Origin: Cenarchaeum sp.
GTDB taxonomy: Archaea; Thermoproteota; Nitrososphaeria; Nitrososphaerales; Nitrosopumilaceae
Direction: 5' to 3'
Assembly (NCBI GenBank): GCA_963693095.2
Contig: OY843768.1
Coordinates: 1,728,001 to 1,792,000, forward strand
Length of the DNA: 64,000 nucleotides
Shown: in pieces, positions 60,636-64,000 of the stretch
Layout: each line of letters begins with the position of its first letter
Position numbering within the stretch: position 1 is the stretch's first letter
Program-made: the position numbers and the translations under genes
The notes under the pieces: model-generated
What the model was told of the DNA's origin: nothing
Database searches by the model: none
The model's input: only the letters and a program-made list of their open reading frames with translations

Positions 60636-62185
60636 TGCTGCGCGTGCGCTCCTTGCGAGTACTGATCAAGCTTGCGCCGTCAGTCATCGCGCTACGCTCT
60701 GATCGCAAAAAATGGCTAAAAAAGGAGAACACCGAGTCAGACATGGAGCGCTATCGCCGCAATGCGCAGCGTGTCCTCGACGCGTTCATCGACCTCGGGC
60801 CTGTCTACATAAAGCTCGGCCAGTGGCTCTCGGCGCGCGCTGACATACTGCCAAAGCCGTACATGGACGTCCTCTCGCGCCTCCAGGACGACGTGCCGGC
60901 CGCGCCGTTCAGCGAGGTTCTCCCCGAGATCGAGCGCGAGCTCGGGCCAGTTGACGAGGCCTTTGATGAGATATCTCATGAGGCGATCTCGGGCGCGTCC
61001 CTTGGCCAGGTGTACCGCGCGCGCCTGCGAGGCCAGGACGTAGTCGTAAAGGTTCGCCGGCCGGGAATAGAGCGTGCCGTGCGCGAGGACCTTCGCGACG
61101 TAAAGGCGCTCCTTCCGGCCGCACTGCGCTTTATCAACTCAAACCTGGGCATCACCGTAAAGGCAATGTTTGCGCAGTTTGTCGAGACGATACACGAGGA
61201 GATGGACTATGGCGTCGAGCTCGAGAACCTGCGCTCAATACGCAAGAGCCTGGCCCACAGCCGCGGCGTAATCATGCCCGCCGTCCACGAGGACCGCTCA
61301 ACGAGCGCAATACTGACAATGGAGTACATACCGGGCACAAAGGTGACTGATATCGAGGCCCTTGAGGCCATGGGCATAGACCGCGAGAGGCTAGTCATAG
61401 ACATACACAAGCTCTTCTTTCTCATGCTCCTGCGCCACCCCGTCTTTCACGCCGACCCGCACCCCGGCAACCTCTCTGTGGCGCCAGACGGGCGGATTAT
61501 ACTATATGACTATGGCATGGTGGGCCGGCTAGATGACGAGACGCGCCTTAGGCTCATACGCCTCTATGCGGCCCTCTCTGACAAGAACGCCGCGCGCGCA
61601 GTGACGGCAATGGACGACCTCGGCATGCTCGTTCCTGACTATAACCGCCGCGTCATCGAGCAGGCCATAGCGCTGAGCATCAGGTCGATGCATGGCCGGC
61701 GCGCAAGCGAGCTAGAGGTCAACATACTCGTCGACCTTGTCAACCGCACAATGGGCAACTTTCCGTTTCTCCTGCCAAAGCACCTGTCACTCTACATGAG
61801 AATGGCGACGCTCCTTGAGGGCATCTACAAGACGCATGGCGTAAAGTTTACGTTCATGGCGGTCCTCAAGGAGATACTAGAGGAGGAGCACATGCTCGAG
61901 GAGGCATACGTCTCGGAGGTGCGCTCAGGAATCGCGCGCCTCATCACATCTGTTGGCGATGTCGTCGAGCTCGCCCCAGAGATGCGGCGCTTTCTTGATG
62001 ACGCAAAGTCCGAGCGCGCCCGGCCCGCGCGATCCGGAACGCTATTGCCGGGCAGCATCCTGGCAGCATCAACGTTTATCGGCTCTGCGGTGATATATGC
62101 GTCTGGCTCGGCTGCTGCCGGCGCAGTTGGAATGATGGCATCGATTGGAATAATTGCCGCATTTGTCCTGCTCGGACGGCGCTAG
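60632..62185 (+). CDS. ABC1/UbiB-family atypical kinase
   Basis: YIKLGQ, ASLGQVY, VVVKV, FHADPHPGN, DYGMVG motifs. Confidence 0.94.
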   Translation: MMLRVRSLRVLIKLAPSVIALRSDRKKWLKKENTESDMERYRRNAQRVLDAFIDLGPVYIKLGQWLSARADILPKPYMDVLSRLQDDVPAAPFSEVLPEIERELGPVDEAFDEISHEAISGASLGQVYRARLRGQDVVVKVRRPGIERAVREDLRDVKALLPAALRFINSNLGITVKAMFAQFVETIHEEMDYGVELENLRSIRKSLAHSRGVIMPAVHEDRSTSAILTMEYIPGTKVTDIEALEAMGIDRERLVIDIHKLFFLMLLRHPVFHADPHPGNLSVAPDGRIILYDYGMVGRLDDETRLRLIRLYAALSDKNAARAVTAMDDLGMLVPDYNRRVIEQAIALSIRSMHGRRASELEVNILVDLVNRTMGNFPFLLPKHLSLYMRMATLLEGIYKTHGVKFTFMAVLKEILEEEHMLEEAYVSEVRSGIARLITSVGDVVELAPEMRRFLDDAKSERARPARSGTLLPGSILAASTFIGSAVIYASGSAAAGAVGMMASIGIIAAFVLLGRR

Positions 62186-62186
62186 C

Positions 62187-62579
62187 CTACTGTACCGGTA
62201 TGCTCGTCCCGCGCCGCTCGCGCGGAACGGTGACAGTCAGGACGCCGTCCTCACAGCGCGCCGAGCTGACCGACTCGGCAATGTCTTCTGCCCCTAGCGG
62301 GAGGCGTATCCTCTTGTCGACTAGGAGCGGCCTCTGCGCGCAGACAATGTCATTATCTTCGCCCTCGGGCCGTTCGCGCCGTGCGCGCACGATCAGCGCG
62401 TTGCCATCAAGCCTCACGTCGATCGCGTCCTTTGGAAAGCCCGGCACGTCGACTGTGACGGTGATCTCGTGGCCCGACATGTGAATGTCAACGGCCGGCA
62501 GGACAAACTCGTAGAACTCGCGTGTCTTTGACCCAATCTCGCGCGAGACCTCGCGTGCGACCGTGTCCGTCATTCCCAT
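62187..62579 (-). CDS. Hsp20/alpha-crystallin small heat-shock protein
   Basis: VDVPGF and ARCEDGVLTVTVP motifs. Confidence 0.9.
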   Translation of the reverse strand: MGMTDTVAREVSREIGSKTREFYEFVLPAVDIHMSGHEITVTVDVPGFPKDAIDVRLDGNALIVRARRERPEGEDNDIVCAQRPLLVDKRIRLPLGAEDIAESVSSARCEDGVLTVTVPRERRGTSIPVQ

Positions 62580-62873
62580 GGGGGCAGGTGCCGGCCAATT
62601 TGGTTATAAATCCTTCGTCATGTAGCGTGGTGCTCCCTGCATAGCGCATATTAAGCACCACGTATTCGTCCTGTGACAGAATGGACGCTAGCAGTTCGGC
62701 ACGTAGCAACATTAGAATCTCCTGCCTCGTGAATTCTTCGCCGTTTAGTCATCGATCAATGAGGTATATTGTTGTAAGGCGTGGAGTAGTGGCCTGCGTT
62801 GTCCGTCGTTCTTACTATGCTGTAAATTATGATGGTGTTTGTTATGCTACATACGCGTTTGGGAGCTTAGATC

Positions 62874-63227
62874 TTGACAAACAATAATAACTCCCCACTT
62901 TCTAGGCCCCCCGCCGCAACGCCGCAACGCCGCAACGCCGCAACGCCGCAACGCCGCAACGCCGCAACGCCGCAACGCCGCAACGCCGCAACGCCGCAAC
63001 GCCGCAACGCCGCAACGCCGCAACGCCGCAACGCCGCAACGCCGCAAATAACAAATAAAGATCTCCGACTCATTGAAGATGTTTTTACAACCGTCGGTCG
63101 CCCTCTTTATATTGCACCAACAAACTATTTCACTAACCTTGATGAGATTATTCAGATTTTAATACGACGTAATCGCCTGCGGCGTGTTTCTCCAAACACA
63201 TACGTGATAAATGATTGCCATGTCTGA
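62874..63227 (+). CDS. Small hypothetical ORF containing an 8-bp repeat tract, currently in frame
   Basis: TTG start, 13 codons, the repeat, then 60 aa ending LDEIIQILIRRNRLRRVSPNTYVI (winged-helix-like). Confidence 0.45.
   Translation: MTNNNNSPLSRPPAATPQRRNAATPQRRNAATPQRRNAATPQRRNAATPQRRNAATPQITNKDLRLIEDVFTTVGRPLYIAPTNYFTNLDEIIQILIRRNRLRRVSPNTYVINDCHV
62913..63047 (+). repeat. Simple sequence repeat (GCCGCAAC)16 plus a partial unit
   Basis: Perfect octamer tract counted from the sequence. Confidence 0.97.
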
Positions 63228-63255
63228 TCGAGCGTTTGAAGATAAAGTAAACATA

Positions 63256-64000
63256 TACTCACGAGCTAAAGTTCGTATAGATGATCAAGTTTCCCCGACC
63301 CCGCAGCTATATTGATCGCCCCCTCCCGCGCCAGGGCATGGACGACCGGAAGCGGGAGGAGCTGAGGGACGCGCACCACAGCGAGAAGAGCGGGCACGTG
63401 AGGGACAGGATTCTCGCCGTGCACTGCGTGGTCAACATGGGCATGACGCACGAGGACACGGCGGACACGCTGATGCGGTGCCCGGGGTGGGTCGGCAAGT
63501 GGGTCGCGCGGTACCGGGAGGGCGGGCTTCCAGCCCTCCGCGACCTCCCGCGCTCCGGGAGGCCGCTGGCCGTGCCGCGAACGGCGCTCGACGGGATCCT
63601 CGCCGACGCGTCGGGATCCCCCACGACCCCGGCCGCGGTCCGCGACAGGATCGCCGGGGCGGCGGGGACACTGTTCCACATAGCCAGCGTGAGGAGGCTC
63701 ATGCGCGAGTTCGGCCTCTCGCGCAAGAGGCCGCGAAAGGCCCACGTCAACAGGGCGAGCGCGTCCGCCGTCCGCAGCTGGCAGCGGCGCCTTGCGGGGG
63801 CGGCGCCACGCCTGGCGCGCGCGGGATACACGATGCTGGTGCAGGACGAGTCGATCATCGTGAACGACGCCGGGGGCATGGCGACGCACTGGACGCCGCG
63901 CACGGTGCCCGTCTACGAGCCGTACACCGGGAGCCACGAGCGGATCGTCGTGTACGGGGCGATCGCCGAGGACGGGCGGCAGGCGTTCCGGACGCGCGAC
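63256..64000 (+). mobile_element. Second, diverged IS630-family element (transposase from ATG 63338; runs off the window)
   Basis: End sequence TA|TACTCACGAGCTAAAGTTCG resembles the first element's TIR; translation MDDRKREELR...WVGKWVARYREGG...GRP...VQDES. Confidence 0.92.

Noticed and set aside
62847-63073. Minus-strand RRCGVAAL-repeat ORFs
   Set aside because: Translations of the octamer tract with no meaningful flanking sequence.

Overview
A GC-rich archaeal chromosome segment. The gene content and order (Rpo11-TFS-PCNA, egsA-psmB-aCPSF1-SepF, PoK-PPS-PanB-CoaBC, CFI-box and COG1361 surface proteins, cobJ, bluB) point to Nitrososphaerota (Nitrosopumilaceae/Cenarchaeum-like). A host-associated lifestyle is only an inference. 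Most of the window is housekeeping genes, including two tRNAs, one with a D-arm intron. There are five accessory patches. (1) A 2239-aa secreted gluzincin/Ig-repeat protein, plus an inverted decayed copy of its C-terminus. (2) An AT-rich type II R-M island whose HpaII-like C5 methyltransferase has a (GGCA)34 tract just after its start codon and is currently out of frame, a candidate archaeal phasevarion. (3) A duplicated 47-aa peptide gene bracketing a membrane protein. (4) The top candidate: a DUF3800 (RNase H-fold) gene, split by an IS630, surrounded by six copies of an ~81-nt two-hairpin RNA. Four copies sit in a 158-bp tandem array and two lie downstream. Each copy has its own TATA-like box exactly 26 nt upstream on the minus strand, and the stems show compensatory changes. 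(5) A small ORF with a (GCCGCAAC)16 tract next to a second IS630. All calls come from reading the sequence by eye; no database searches were run.
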